This document shows positions 10,413 through 21,163 of a stretch of 64,000 nucleotides of DNA, piece after piece (within the stretch, counting starts at the first letter, position 1; the number at the start of each line of letters is the position of its first letter). Position numbers and translations under genes: made by a program. Source of the stretch: a virus. Below the pieces are notes generated by a model that saw nothing but the letters and a program-made list of their open reading frames with translations, searched no databases and was not told where the DNA came from. The stretch covers positions 7,676-71,675 of IMG/VR virus record IMGVR_UViG_3300047157_000063; one strand, written 5' to 3'.

Positions 10413-11840
10413 TTACGCAGCAGTATCTTTGAATAATACAAAGTTGTTAGCAGCTTGAACACATAAACATCTTTCAGATAAGAAGTTTACAACCATGATA
10501 TCTTCGTCAGAAGTATAGTTTCCACCAACAGATCCAGTGATCCATGATTTCATTTTTCTATCATCAGCTTCAGAAGCTCTATATCTAATGTGTAAGAACG
10601 GTCTTGCGATGTTTTTACCCATGTTTTGATCGTAAACAGTACTTGTTCCAGCAGGAACTAATACTCCTTCAATATCATCAACAAGTCCTCTAGTAGTACC
10701 ATCGTTTAGGTATTTCCAGTCAGATTTGTAGAAGTCATAAGAACCTCTTCTGAAACCAGAGAAACCTAAATTAAGTGCCATATTCTCCTCGTTGTTGAAT
10801 ACACCGTAAGATGAACCAGCAGCAAATGCTCTGTTTTGATCAGATAACATGTTATCTAGGTTAAGAGATAAATCTCTACCACAGAAAATCATATTTTCCT
10901 CAATAGAACCTTGCTTATCAAGTTCTTTTAAGATGTTGTCAAATTCTACGATACCAGTTGCAGTAGCGTCAGTTTGGAAGTTTTGGTCATTGTAAACTAA
11001 ACCTCTATCTTCGATAGCAGCGAATAAACCTTCAGAACCAGTAATCCCAGCACCAGTACCTGATGCAGCAATACCTGAGTTTGCAACTTTCTTTTCCGCT
11101 TCAATCATTGCCATTTCCAATTGATCTTCAAATCTGATTCTTGCTTCATGCTCAGATTTTAAGTACCATAAGAAACCGTCGCCACCTTCTTCAGTAGTAA
11201 CTTCAACCCAACCGATTTGAGCAGTGTCAGATCCATTGATCTCATATCTATCTCTTAAGATGATTGGCTTGTTGCTAAACTGAGTGAATTGCGCGTCGAT
11301 AGATCCAGAAAGATTTCCAGAACCTTTTTTCCATTCAGTACCATATACAAACACTTTTACAGCTGGAACGTTAGAACCTGCTGAAGTGTTGATAGTTTGT
11401 AGATCTGCAGCTGTATAACAACCAACATCAACCGCTGTTCCGTTAACAGCTTCTACAAAACATTTTAAAGAAACTTGTCCTTTAGAAACAACGATCGTGT
11501 CACCTACTTTTAATAAGTGGCCAGATGGCATTGTTAATCTGTTTGCAGTAGTGTTATGCGCAACGATTATAGCGTCGTCATATGCTACGTGAATTCTACC
11601 TTGCTCAGACCATACAACTTCGTCAGAAGCCATAGGCATTTCTGCTCCAACCATTCCTAAAAATCCAGAGATTGTACGATTTCCGTATCTTTCAACTTCT
11701 TTCTCGTAAACTTCTGGTAAGAACTGAGCAGCAAAAGTTCCACCTGTTCCAGTGAAACTTAAATAATTATCTCCGAATAACCCTTGAATAGGTCTAGGAG
11801 TTAGATGCTGTCCTGCAGCACCCGTACTAGCTATTGCCAT
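10413..11840 (-). CDS. Major capsid protein (crAss-like)
   Basis: 475 aa with QFLPEVYEKEVERYGNRTISGFL, WSEQGRIH, LNLGFSGFRRGSYDFYKSDWKYLND and FLSERCLCVQAANNF; follows portal and scaffold genes and has a strong terminator. Confidence 0.85.
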   Translation of the reverse strand: MAIASTGAAGQHLTPRPIQGLFGDNYLSFTGTGGTFAAQFLPEVYEKEVERYGNRTISGFLGMVGAEMPMASDEVVWSEQGRIHVAYDDAIIVAHNTTANRLTMPSGHLLKVGDTIVVSKGQVSLKCFVEAVNGTAVDVGCYTAADLQTINTSAGSNVPAVKVFVYGTEWKKGSGNLSGSIDAQFTQFSNKPIILRDRYEINGSDTAQIGWVEVTTEEGGDGFLWYLKSEHEARIRFEDQLEMAMIEAEKKVANSGIAASGTGAGITGSEGLFAAIEDRGLVYNDQNFQTDATATGIVEFDNILKELDKQGSIEENMIFCGRDLSLNLDNMLSDQNRAFAAGSSYGVFNNEENMALNLGFSGFRRGSYDFYKSDWKYLNDGTTRGLVDDIEGVLVPAGTSTVYDQNMGKNIARPFLHIRYRASEADDRKMKSWITGSVGGNYTSDEDIMVVNFLSERCLCVQAANNFVLFKDTAA

Positions 11841-11857
11841 AATTTTTAATTTTTAAA

Positions 11858-13076
11858 TTAGTTAAACTTATTTCGATTCATTTTAATTTTGAAATCAGCT
11901 GAAGAATTACCAGGAATAGCTCTCACTTTTATGCCGGATTTTATCTCATTCGCGTGCGACTGCCTTGGATCCATGCTAACGTTTTTAGATTTTGCAATGC
12001 TTTCTTTTAAAGCATCAGCTTTACCTTGTTCATAAAAATGATTTGCAATAGCATCAGGGTTCATCGCTGTAAACATAGATTTGTGATAACCTTTCGCATC
12101 TGACATTTATTATTTTTGTCAAGAAACTTCTTGACAAAATTATTAATATCACTTTGATTTCTTTTACTTGTTAGCATTTTTCACATTAAACCTAAATTTC
12201 TTATCCCCGATGTTATATTCAAAACCTTTGAATTTATCGTTAAAAACCTCGTTGGTCTTTTGTTGAAATGTTAGTGCTTGTTTTTCTGCTATTTTGATTT
12301 TCTTCTGCTTCCTTGTTGTATCTATTAAAAAAGTCAACTGCTTTCTGTTGCTCAGGGAGTAACTTGCTACCAGCTTTAATTTCTTCATAGTATTTGGACT
12401 TTAGCCCGTCCAAGTGGCTTTTAGCGTTGGCAACTTGCTCTTTTAACGCTATTTTTTTTCTTTTAATCTCTCTCTCGTCATCCATATCCTCGTTTGGTAT
12501 TGACTCTTGTATAAGAAAATCAACTTCATCCGAGTCTAAATGACCCTTAGTTTTTCTGTAGTATTCTCTAAGTAAAGATATGTCATCATGTTTACTGTAA
12601 TCAGTATTTAAACTGACATAATCTTCTAAACTACCACCAGTTTCATTTATAAAAGCAACTGCTTTTTGTATATTTTCTGGTAACTCAACACCTGTTTGTT
12701 TAGACTCTTCTATAGCTTCAACTACTTCTTCTTTAGTTGGAACCTCTTCTTCTTTTGTTTCTTCAACAACTTCATCAGTTATTTCTTCAACAATAGGTGT
12801 TTCAGTATCTTCTTTAACCTCAGCAACTTTCTCTTCTTTCACTTCTTCTACAACCTCTTCTTTAGGTTTTTCAGTTAAATCGAGTTTAGCTACATCTTTT
12901 GTTTCCTCAACCTTTTCTTTAGGTTTCTTAGTTAAATCAACCTTAATGACAGCTGGTTCTTCTTCAACAAACTTCTTAGGTTTCTTTTTAATTTTAATTT
13001 TAGGTTCAACAACTTTTTCTTGTTGCTCAACTTTTACCTCAGCTTCTTCAGCTTTAGTGTTTTTTTCATTTTCCAT
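11858..13076 (-). CDS. Acidic scaffold-like protein preceding MCP (three ORF fragments joined across frameshifts)
   Basis: ORFs 12240-13076, 12164-12388 and 11858-12106 join into one E/K-rich protein ending ...AMNPDAIANHFYEQGKADA...; lies between portal and MCP. Confidence 0.7.
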
Positions 13077-13104
13077 AATATAATATAATAATAATTAATA
13101 ATTG

Positions 13105-15520
13105 TTATCTAGGATCAAACGCACCTAAATCAAATCCGCCTCCTAGTATATCATTACCTGAAGACTCAAAGTTTTTAGGTGGTTTTCCACTATTTCTTTG
13201 GTCTATAAGCTCACTTTGTTGTGAAGCTTGTATTTTAGTTCTTTCGTCTTTACGATCTTCTTTTTATTTTTCTTTTTGTTATTAACCGTTTGATTTTTCA
13301 TTTGTTTAACTTGCATGTTTAGCTCAAACTCTGAATTCCATTAATTCTTTTTTCAACTGAGCTTCTTGCATTAGCTTCTTGAGATTCTAATTCAGCTTTT
13401 CATTTGTTCCATTTCAGCTTCAACAGCTTTTTAGCTTGTTCTTTTTGTATTTCAGCTTGAGCAGCTGCTTGTTGAGCTTGTGCATTTGCTTGAGCTTGTG
13501 CTTGCATATTTTCTTGTTGCATTTGCTGATCTCTTTCTGCTTTCTTTTTTCTACGTATTTTTAATAATTGATTAGCTAGTTTTATATTTTTAATTTCTCT
13601 AAGATCAATAGCATCTTCTAAATCAATTTTTGTTGCTGATAAAGCCATTTGTATATTGTTTTCTAAACAGCTTTTTCTTCTTCATCTGGTGTTAGTTCTA
13701 TAAATATACCAAAATCATGTATATGTAATTAGCTATTTCTTCAAGTGTGCAACGTTATGAGCACCTATCATTTGTATAAAAGCTTCTTTTGTTGGTGAAT
13801 ATTCTATAATATCAGATATTCTAAATGATAAACACTCTGCAAGTTTCAGCTGTTAAAAATAAACCACCTTGTAATATATGTCTTGTAGCTGTGTTTGAAT
13901 TAGCAGCAGCTAAGTTTTTGAACACCAACTAAAGCTTTTTATCAGGGTGCTACCATCTCTAGCTTCATTTAAACCAGTCACATCTCTTATCATTTGTAGA
14001 TAATAATTGTATGTTTGTATTAAAGATTGCATTTTTGACCACCAGAACCTGATTGTATTTCTTGTACAGGCACTTTACCTGGGTTCATATCACCATCAGA
14101 AGTAATTGATCTACCAATTATCAGAACCTGTTTGGAAGAACATGTTTAATGCTTCTTGTGGATTATAATTTGTTCCGTTACCTAAATCTATTTCAGCAAA
14201 CCATCAGCATCTAAATAAACACCATCTGGAACCATACGTGACAATACTTGTTGTAGCTTTAAATGTGTAAGCTGTATCATATCAGCAAAACCTGTTATAC
14301 GCTTTACTAAAGATTCTATTCTACCTTTATACATTCTGGAGCAACAATACTATAGTTCATTTTAACTTTAGTAAAATCACTTTTAGGTCTCATCATGTTT
14401 TTAGCCATCTCCCATTTTAAGAGTTTATTAGTACCTAATACTAAAGCACCATCATACAAACACTCTACTGATCTTTGCTACTTTTCAAAGTTTTCATCAT
14501 TTTCAGGTGGGTTAAAAGTATCATCTTTAATTATAGCTTATCTAGCTCCAGTACCAGTTTCTTTTACTTTGTAAACTTCGTTCATATATGTTTTATAATT
14601 AAAATATAAAACTTGAACTTTATTATTATCTTATTCTTTTGTTAGTAACCAGATTTGTTATAATTTGATTTTTGACTAACTTTTGTTTTAAACTATATCT
14701 TCTAATCTTCTGAGTTAAATGTGGAAATTGTTTTTAAGCTCATTTATAGGTATTTTTTAACTTCACCAACATAATATATATCATCAAAATACGGTGACTC
14801 AGTATAAGAATAAACTAATCAGCTGGATCAACATAATCTAACTAGTAACAACACCTTCAGATGTGTTAAAAAAGTTTTAACAGCACCAATACCTAAAACT
14901 GTTAAATCATAATAAAATCTTTTTTTATTAACTCGTAGTTATTTTGATCAAACAAAACGTTTAAAGCTTGTTCTTCTGCTAGCTCAACAGCTTGCTTGTA
15001 GTTAACTGCATGTGAAATCTAACTCTTCTTCAGTTTCAGGTAATTTTTCTGGATCATTTTTCATAAGTATCAATACCAAAAGCTTTTGAGAAAATCATTT
15101 AATTCTTTTGTTCTCATGTCTCTTAAGCAGCCTTCCATGTACTCAGTTCTTTTAGCTACACCATAAGGATCTTGTGAATAAGCTTTTATATCATAAGTTC
15201 TTTCTGCAATACCATTTACAACTATATCTACAAACTTAGGTATAATAGGTACTGGTTTCCAGTCTAAATTTAGATAAGATAAATCACCATTTATAGATAA
15301 CTCATCTTTATATTTTTGTATTGATTGTTCACCTCTAGCATATAAGTCTTAGTTTGTGAAAATTATTATGATTAGTTTTATATCTATTAGTACCTCTATC
15401 AGTATGAAACCACTCAGCTCTCAATAGCTTTAGCTACTTTTAAACCATAATCATAGCTCATTTTTTTCAGCATCACTACAACTTGAGAAGGAAAATAACT
15501 TTTTTAACAGACTCTGCCAT
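13105..15520 (-). CDS. Portal protein (multiple frameshifts, probably sequence errors)
   Basis: Manual reading from ATG at 15520 gives YARGEQSIQKYKDELSINGDLSYLNLDWKPVPIIPKFVDIVVNG, MIRDVTGLNEARDG and a C-terminus FESSGNDILGGGFDLGAFDPR; lies between terminase and scaffold/MCP. Confidence 0.8.
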
Positions 15521-15522
15521 AT

Positions 15523-17731
15523 TTATTTTTTAATTAATTTAGATGTATTACCTTTGTTTTTATACTTAGCAATACTTATGTTTAGTTTTGGTTTTTCTAT
15601 TTTAGCATTTGGTCTATATAAATGCCTGTTGTTAGCCATTATAGCTAAACCAGAGCTTATAGAAGCATCATGCTTTGTTCTTTTGTTTATATCAAACTTA
15701 GCCCAGTCATTTAGTAATTCATTAAAATAACAATTACCAAAACTACCATCTTGTTCATACCTACGTGGATCTTGTATATACATTTCAATTGCAGCTGCAT
15801 GAGCTTGTTTTATATCTTCACTTGAGTTTGGTATACCACCTACTTCTTTTTCTGCTACAGATAATTTGTTCCATATTTTATCAGGTCTATTCATACTAAA
15901 ACCTCTATAACCACGTCTTCGTAAATAATACAATAGACGAGGTTTATTGTTCTCTGCAAGTATAGGCATCCCGTAAAATACTAATGCCATTAGAACGTCT
16001 TCAAAGAATATCTCTGCGTTTGTGGTCTTGCTAAGTACTCTAAAAAAATGTATTAGCTGGCGCGTCTTCCATACTAAACTTAGTTAATCCGTGTAAAGCG
16101 CCTTTAGAACCTACACCATCTACTGTTCCTGATATATCGTAGCTATCACAACCAAAAGCACCCATGTGTTCATTACCAGGATATTTAACACCATTTTTAA
16201 TTACAACTTTGTTTTGTATGTTTGTTGGTGGTACCCAGCTTACTTTAAATCTACCTTTGGATCTGGATAAAATATTACTGTTGAATCTTTAACACCGTTA
16301 ACCCATTGAAAATTACCTTTAGTAATACCTAGTGTTCTAGACATTTCTTCGTTGTAATCTATTTGCTCGTATATTTTAACTAAGTTAAATATACTGTTTT
16401 TAGTTTCATCTCTAAACGCATGCTCAGTAGTTCTTGGAAACTGTCTGTAAAATTCGTTTAAAGCATCTTGATCGTTTTTTAAACCGTCAGCTTCATTTTG
16501 CCAACTGTCTATAACACCTATATCTATTAATTCCCCATGTGGATCGAAGACTTCATGATCCGGAGTATTGAAGACTGGGCTTCCGTGCTCATCAATAAAT
16601 CCTTCGTAGTTCCACTCCATTGGGATAAAAAGAGAATATAAGCCAGACGCTGTCTGTCCATTTCTGTTTCGCTTAGTAACGTCTGATGCTCCATATAATT
16701 TTTTAAAGTTTTCTCCACCTTTGTCTAATGCGTTTGATGTTGAGCCCATCATACATTTACCTATAATCCTACTACCTAATCGTAAACATGTTTTTGTAAC
16801 TCTCCAGTTGTTTAATATATTATCGGGTCTTTCCCACTTACCACTTTCATCGTGTACTAAAAGCTTTAGTTTTTCACCGTCATAGCTATTGTCACCTGTA
16901 TTCTTCCAGTCTATAGTTGTATCTAATCCTTCTAAATCTTCTAGCTTTTCGTTTGTTGTAATCTTCTTTCTAGTGAACTTAGAAGCTGGAACTCTATATG
17001 CAAGCTCGGATTTTGGCCTATCCATACCGTCTTGAATAGGACTAAAAAAGAAAGGATAATTAATCGATATAGGTACAACTTTGTCAGTAAACATTTTCTT
17101 AGCATCAGCTCCTGTTTTAGATAATATACCAAACCTTGCATCACTTGATATTGTAGCTTGGTTAACTGTTTCAGCTGATGACATAAAAGAAAAACCAGAT
17201 CGTCTGTTTTTAAGGTAACACATACCATAACATCTTTTATCTGCTTTGCAAGCTTCCCAGAATATATAGAATAATCTATTAGCTTCTCTAAAGTCTGGTG
17301 CACCTACGTCAATTTTACTCCACTGCAAGTACATATAATGTGTACCTGTTATATATGTTGCTTTACCGTTGTTGTTAAACCAAAAACCTTCATCTCTACG
17401 TTTAAACTCTTCGTCTATATAATCAAACCAGTCAGCTTTCTTTTCTTCAGGATATGCTCTCCAGTCAAATATGTTTTTAAGCCTACCTAATTCTTTGGGT
17501 ATTCAAACTGTTTCCACTTTTTTTCTTTGTTGCTATACACACTACGCTCTTTTGGCAATGCTATCTGAAAGTTTTGTATCTCGTATATCTCACCTATCTC
17601 ACCAGTCTTAGATATAACTACAAGATCGTGTTCTTTGTTATAACCATACTTCCACTTTTTACCTTTGTTAAGTCTGCTTATAGTAGTTTTTTTATAGGTT
17701 CTACTATTTTAAGTAAATTCTGTTCGTACAT
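15523..17731 (-). CDS. terL: Terminase large subunit (frameshifted)
   Basis: Walker A-like LKNRRSGFS, Walker B LLVHDESGKW and MMGST coupling motif; nuclease part GAFGCDSYDISG...ILAENNKP...HDASISSGLA across fragments 16240-17334 and 15523-15990. Confidence 0.9.
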
Positions 17732-18003
17732 TACTTAGATCTACCTTCTGCAAAACCTTTAAATACTTTAACTTCGGTTTTAGTTTCTTTACCTTCTAGT
17801 ATGTTCTCTTCTTCTTGTATTCTATTCAATATTTCAAACGCATCAAATATAGCTAGTTTCTTTGTTGCTGCAGCATTTTTTAATCTGTCAGCTGATATAT
17901 CATCGTCAGAATCTACAATAGCTTCTTTAGCAACTTTAATCAGTTCTTCAACTGCTTTATGCCCAGCTTGGATTATATTCTTCTTCGTCTCCTTGATATT
18001 CAT
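17731..18003 (-). CDS. Small helical protein upstream of TerL (candidate terminase small subunit)
   Basis: 90 aa, stop overlaps the terL start. The small-subunit call rests on position only. Confidence 0.45.
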   Translation of the reverse strand: MNIKETKKNIIQAGHKAVEELIKVAKEAIVDSDDDISADRLKNAAATKKLAIFDAFEILNRIQEEENILEGKETKTEVKVFKGFAEGRSK

Positions 18004-18536
18004 ATTTGATTGTAATAAAATTTGATAAGTACTCTATATAGTTTTTGACCGTCTATAATAAACTCATATTCTGAGCTTGGCCTAAAACCTATTAAATCAC
18101 CTTTGTTAACTGTACCATCAGTATGTTTAACAATACCAACTAAAGGCTTTTCTTTATCTACACTTATTTGTCTGTAGATTTTACTGGTGCTACAAAACAA
18201 TATCCTTTTTGCGCTTGCCATTCGGTATTTTTGTATAAGAATATTTGATCTGGTTGTACTAAGGTATGTTTCTTCATCAATATAACTTCTACTATTCTTT
18301 TCTATACCGTGCTGGTTGTGCCATCTTCTAAATACATTGTGATGTACTATAACCTTATCACCAACTTTTATATCTGTATCACCAACTGTAGGTATTGCTT
18401 TTACTATAGCTTCTCTACTAACATACTGGTGGTTGAATATTTCTGTATTAACTATAAGTTCTTTACCTCCTATATTTTTTGTATTGTTGTATCTTGATTT
18501 TACTGGTGTTACAACAAAGTTGTAAACCGACTTCAT
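18000..18536 (-). CDS. GroES-like (tandem co-chaperonin-fold) protein
   Basis: AIVKAIPTVGDTDIKVGDKVIVHHNVF and GIVKHTDGTVNKGDLIGF...EFIIDGQKLY resemble two GroES-type beta barrels; the middle is probably distorted by compensating frameshifts. Confidence 0.55.
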   Translation of the reverse strand: MKSVYNFVVTPVKSRYNNTKNIGGKELIVNTEIFNHQYVSREAIVKAIPTVGDTDIKVGDKVIVHHNVFRRWHNQHGIEKNSRSYIDEETYLSTTRSNILIQKYRMASAKRILFCSTSKIYRQISVDKEKPLVGIVKHTDGTVNKGDLIGFRPSSEYEFIIDGQKLYRVLIKFYYNQI

Positions 18537-18865
18537 TAATACTGTAAGTTATATTCTACAGATACAGCCATGTTTTTATTAAAGTCTTTCCAAGGTAAAA
18601 CATCTTTACCTTTTCTAATATACACGCTGTACTTATTTTCTTCTTCTATATGTCACATATAGTATGACCACCATACACTTCTTGCCCAACGGCATAGTGC
18701 ATGGCGTCATTCTTATAATCTTTACCGATACTAATCTTCCTTATCAGCTTCAATTTGCATTTGAACCTGATTGATTGAATTTACTTTACCTTGAACTAAT
18801 TCGAGTTCTTCATTTTCAATCTTTTTTACATCTTTAGCGATGTCCTCTACTTTTACGTCTTTCAT
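18536..18865 (-). CDS. Conserved hypothetical protein (frameshifted or two collapsed genes)
   Basis: Manual reading: MKDVKVEDIAKD...KLIRKISIGKDYKNDAMHYAVGQEVYGGHT...LPWKDFNKNMAVSVEYNLQY. Confidence 0.55.
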
Positions 18866-18890
18866 TTTATTTAATTTAAATTATTGAATA

Positions 18891-19262
18891 TTATACGTCT
18901 GTATAATTTTTGTAAGCTTCTGTTGACTTTAAGTAAACATAAGCTTGTTTTACTGGATTTTTAGCAGTAGCTTTTAAATCTATATCAAAATTACCAAAAA
19001 CTGTACAAAAACTATTTCCAGGATTTGAGTCTCTAGCGTCTTTATCTTTATGAATCGCTGCTGTCCAACTTCCAGTAGTAACATCAACCCATCTTATACC
19101 CATTACTTCAGGTTCTATAATTGAGCCATTATTATCTAACACTGCTTCTTTTTTTATATAATTTTCTTTAACATATTTAGTGCTCCACGTTACGCCTGTT
19201 ATTTTTACGTACGCGTCAGATAAATCGATGCCTTTGTAGTTGTATGATCCTTTTAATGCCAT
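18891..19262 (-). CDS. Hypothetical protein, possibly tail-fibre assembly related
   Basis: 123 aa ending NPVKQAYVYLKSTEAYKNYTDV; preceded by the class-2 promoter-like motif. Confidence 0.55.
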   Translation of the reverse strand: MALKGSYNYKGIDLSDAYVKITGVTWSTKYVKENYIKKEAVLDNNGSIIEPEVMGIRWVDVTTGSWTAAIHKDKDARDSNPGNSFCTVFGNFDIDLKATAKNPVKQAYVYLKSTEAYKNYTDV

Positions 19263-19292
19263 TGTTTTAAAATTAAGTTATTTCTATGTTTA

Positions 19293-19306
19293 TATTATTA
19301 CACGCT
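19293..19306 (-). promoter_or_regulatory. Putative late/middle promoter AGCGTGTAATAATA
   Basis: Identical 14-mer at 40276-40289. Both copies are intergenic, on the coding strand and upstream of late-arm genes. Confidence 0.6.
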
Positions 19307-19331
19307 TTATCTTATTATTAAAGCGCTTTTG

Positions 19332-19871
19332 TCATTGTTCAATACTCTTATATATTACAGGTATTAATATCTTACCATTATTCTCTAGATGAGATTTGTA
19401 ATTATTTTCAATATTATCTATTATTTCCTGTGTTATATCTTCAGGTCCCCACCACAAATCAACAAGTATAAGATCATATTTTTTACTAGGTTTGTACGTG
19501 AAAGCATCTGCTTTTTCAATTGTTATTGAATCATCTATGTAGTTTACATAATCAATAAGCTCTTGATTATTATCAACAACATCAACAACACTACACTCTT
19601 TCTCTATTTTTAACGTTTCTGCTAATAATCCTAAACCTAACCCCAACACTAACACTTTGTCATACGTGAAGTCTTTATATAGCTTATTCATTTTTCCACA
19701 TTCAGAGCAATCACCTAGCATTATTTCCGCATAGTACTCTTCGTTTTCAATCTCAGCGCCGTCGCTAAAAACTAATATACTTCTAGAGAATCTAGGTGGA
19801 AGCAGAACTTGTTTTACCACTTTAAAAGAAGTCCCATTGTATTCTTGTATTTTACTCTCCTGTATTCTCAT
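19332..19871 (-). CDS. Class I SAM-dependent methyltransferase (spermidine-synthase-like fold)
   Basis: Motif I KVLVLGLGLG, then VDVVD, ADAFTY and KYDLILVDLW. Confidence 0.75.
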   Translation of the reverse strand: MRIQESKIQEYNGTSFKVVKQVLLPPRFSRSILVFSDGAEIENEEYYAEIMLGDCSECGKMNKLYKDFTYDKVLVLGLGLGLLAETLKIEKECSVVDVVDNNQELIDYVNYIDDSITIEKADAFTYKPSKKYDLILVDLWWGPEDITQEIIDNIENNYKSHLENNGKILIPVIYKSIEQ

Positions 19872-20007
19872 TATAAGGGAACATTTTATTTAGTTTGTCT
19901 TTTCTTTTTTTACACCCACAATTAGGTGCTACTTTTTCTACAACTTTTTTTATACCAGTTGCTTTAGTAAATTTTTCTATTGAATCTCCTAATCCTTTTG
20001 ACTTCAT
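19852..20007 (-). CDS. Small conserved phage protein with CGC motif
   Basis: Manual translation MKSKGLGDSIEKFTKATGIKKVVEKVAPNCGCKKRKDKLNKMFPYNENTGE. Confidence 0.65.
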   Translation of the reverse strand: MKSKGLGDSIEKFTKATGIKKVVEKVAPNCGCKKRKDKLNKMFPYNENTGE

Positions 20008-20008
20008 A

Positions 20009-20659
20009 TTAACATCCTAAAGGTGTGTAACTTGATACTACTCCATTAGTGCCTATGTAAAAATAACCAGCACTTGTTGCGGAACCTGAACTTGAAGCTG
20101 GTGGACCACCATACCATTTACCACCTCCGTTTGAGCTATTCATTAAATTTAAATTATTATCATAACATGTTGTTCCATTTCCAAACGTTCCTGTAAACTT
20201 AACAACTTGATTTATCTGTTGACCACAAGCAAAAACATTTTTATTAAATGGACCAGCAATATATCTAGTTGTATAGTTTGTTGTTGTTTGTGCTGATCTA
20301 ACAGATCCATAAGACGTACCCTGACTGTTAGTTGCGTATGCTTTTATATAATAAGTTGTACTCGCAGATAAACTACCTATAGAGGCACCATAAGCTCCTG
20401 TGGTGTTTGGGTTTAACACTGTTACGTTTGTAACACCCATACCACCTAGAATAGGGTTTGTTAATAAACCTGATGAATAAACAAAGCCTTTAGCTGTTAC
20501 AGTAGCACCACCATTACTTGACATATTACCGTTTAGTCTCATTCCACTACTACTTATTTGAGTCGCATTATCAGTAGTGATACTTGGTGTTGAAACAGGT
20601 GTACAGTCTTTATCGTAACCGTACCAGTCTGAAAATTTATATGGATAACTTATTGACAT
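20009..20659 (-). CDS. Virion protein with fibronectin type III-like domain
   Basis: GGATVTAKGFVYS...LSASTTYYIKAYATNSQGTSYG is FN3-like. Confidence 0.65.
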   Translation of the reverse strand: MSISYPYKFSDWYGYDKDCTPVSTPSITTDNATQISSSGMRLNGNMSSNGGATVTAKGFVYSSGLLTNPILGGMGVTNVTVLNPNTTGAYGASIGSLSASTTYYIKAYATNSQGTSYGSVRSAQTTTNYTTRYIAGPFNKNVFACGQQINQVVKFTGTFGNGTTCYDNNLNLMNSSNGGGKWYGGPPASSSGSATSAGYFYIGTNGVVSSYTPLGC

Positions 20660-20671
20660 ATATACTGTTTT

Positions 20672-21163
20672 TTATGGGCAAAAATCACACGCTATGAATG
20701 TTATTTGACCGCTTGAATTTGTTGTAATATACGTATCCGCACAAGAGTTAGAAACATAGCAATGGTATTCGTCGTTATTAGCGACCTGGTTGCTTTGTCT
20801 CCAACTACCAGCACCAGCACTAGTAGTTAAACTAGTATTTGTAAACAAGTAATCTCCAACATCCAGGTCTGTCGCATCACCAATGTTACTGTTAAAATAT
20901 AGGTTATTATTTTGCGCTGTCCATGTGTTGCCTGATACCCATTTAGATAAGTTAGCTAACTTGTGAGAGTTTCTAGTAATAGGATTAGGTGTACAATTAT
21001 CATTTACCGTTGGGTAACTAACAGTTGATCCATTTGCGTTACCACCATTAACCATATCGTATAAAGATATTGTACCCATTACTTGAGTACCATTGTAGTC
21101 GCCGTGTTTAGCTTCTCGAGCCATTTTAAGCATACTTAATGTTCCTGAACTTGGTACTCCCAT
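20672..21163 (-). CDS. Tail-fibre tip / adhesin-associated protein
   Basis: 163 aa starting MGVPSSGTLSM, directly after the S74-chaperone fibre gene. Confidence 0.55.
   Translation of the reverse strand: MGVPSSGTLSMLKMAREAKHGDYNGTQVMGTISLYDMVNGGNANGSTVSYPTVNDNCTPNPITRNSHKLANLSKWVSGNTWTAQNNNLYFNSNIGDATDLDVGDYLFTNTSLTTSAGAGSWRQSNQVANNDEYHCYVSNSCADTYITTNSSGQITFIACDFCP

Noticed and set aside
13077-13103. TAATA/TTAAA-type AT repeats upstream of genes (also near 10336, 18866, 39638)
   Set aside because: Consistent with AT-rich, Shine-Dalgarno-free translation initiation regions typical of Bacteroidota and their phages; not a distinct element.
11858-18865. Many frameshifts in scaffold, portal and terminase genes (also 33-36.7 kb, 41-43 kb and 52.9-58 kb), suggesting pseudogenes or programmed frameshifting
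   Set aside because: They hit essential genes at many scattered positions, often in homopolymers, while motifs stay intact. This fits long-read or mixed-strain consensus errors better than biology.
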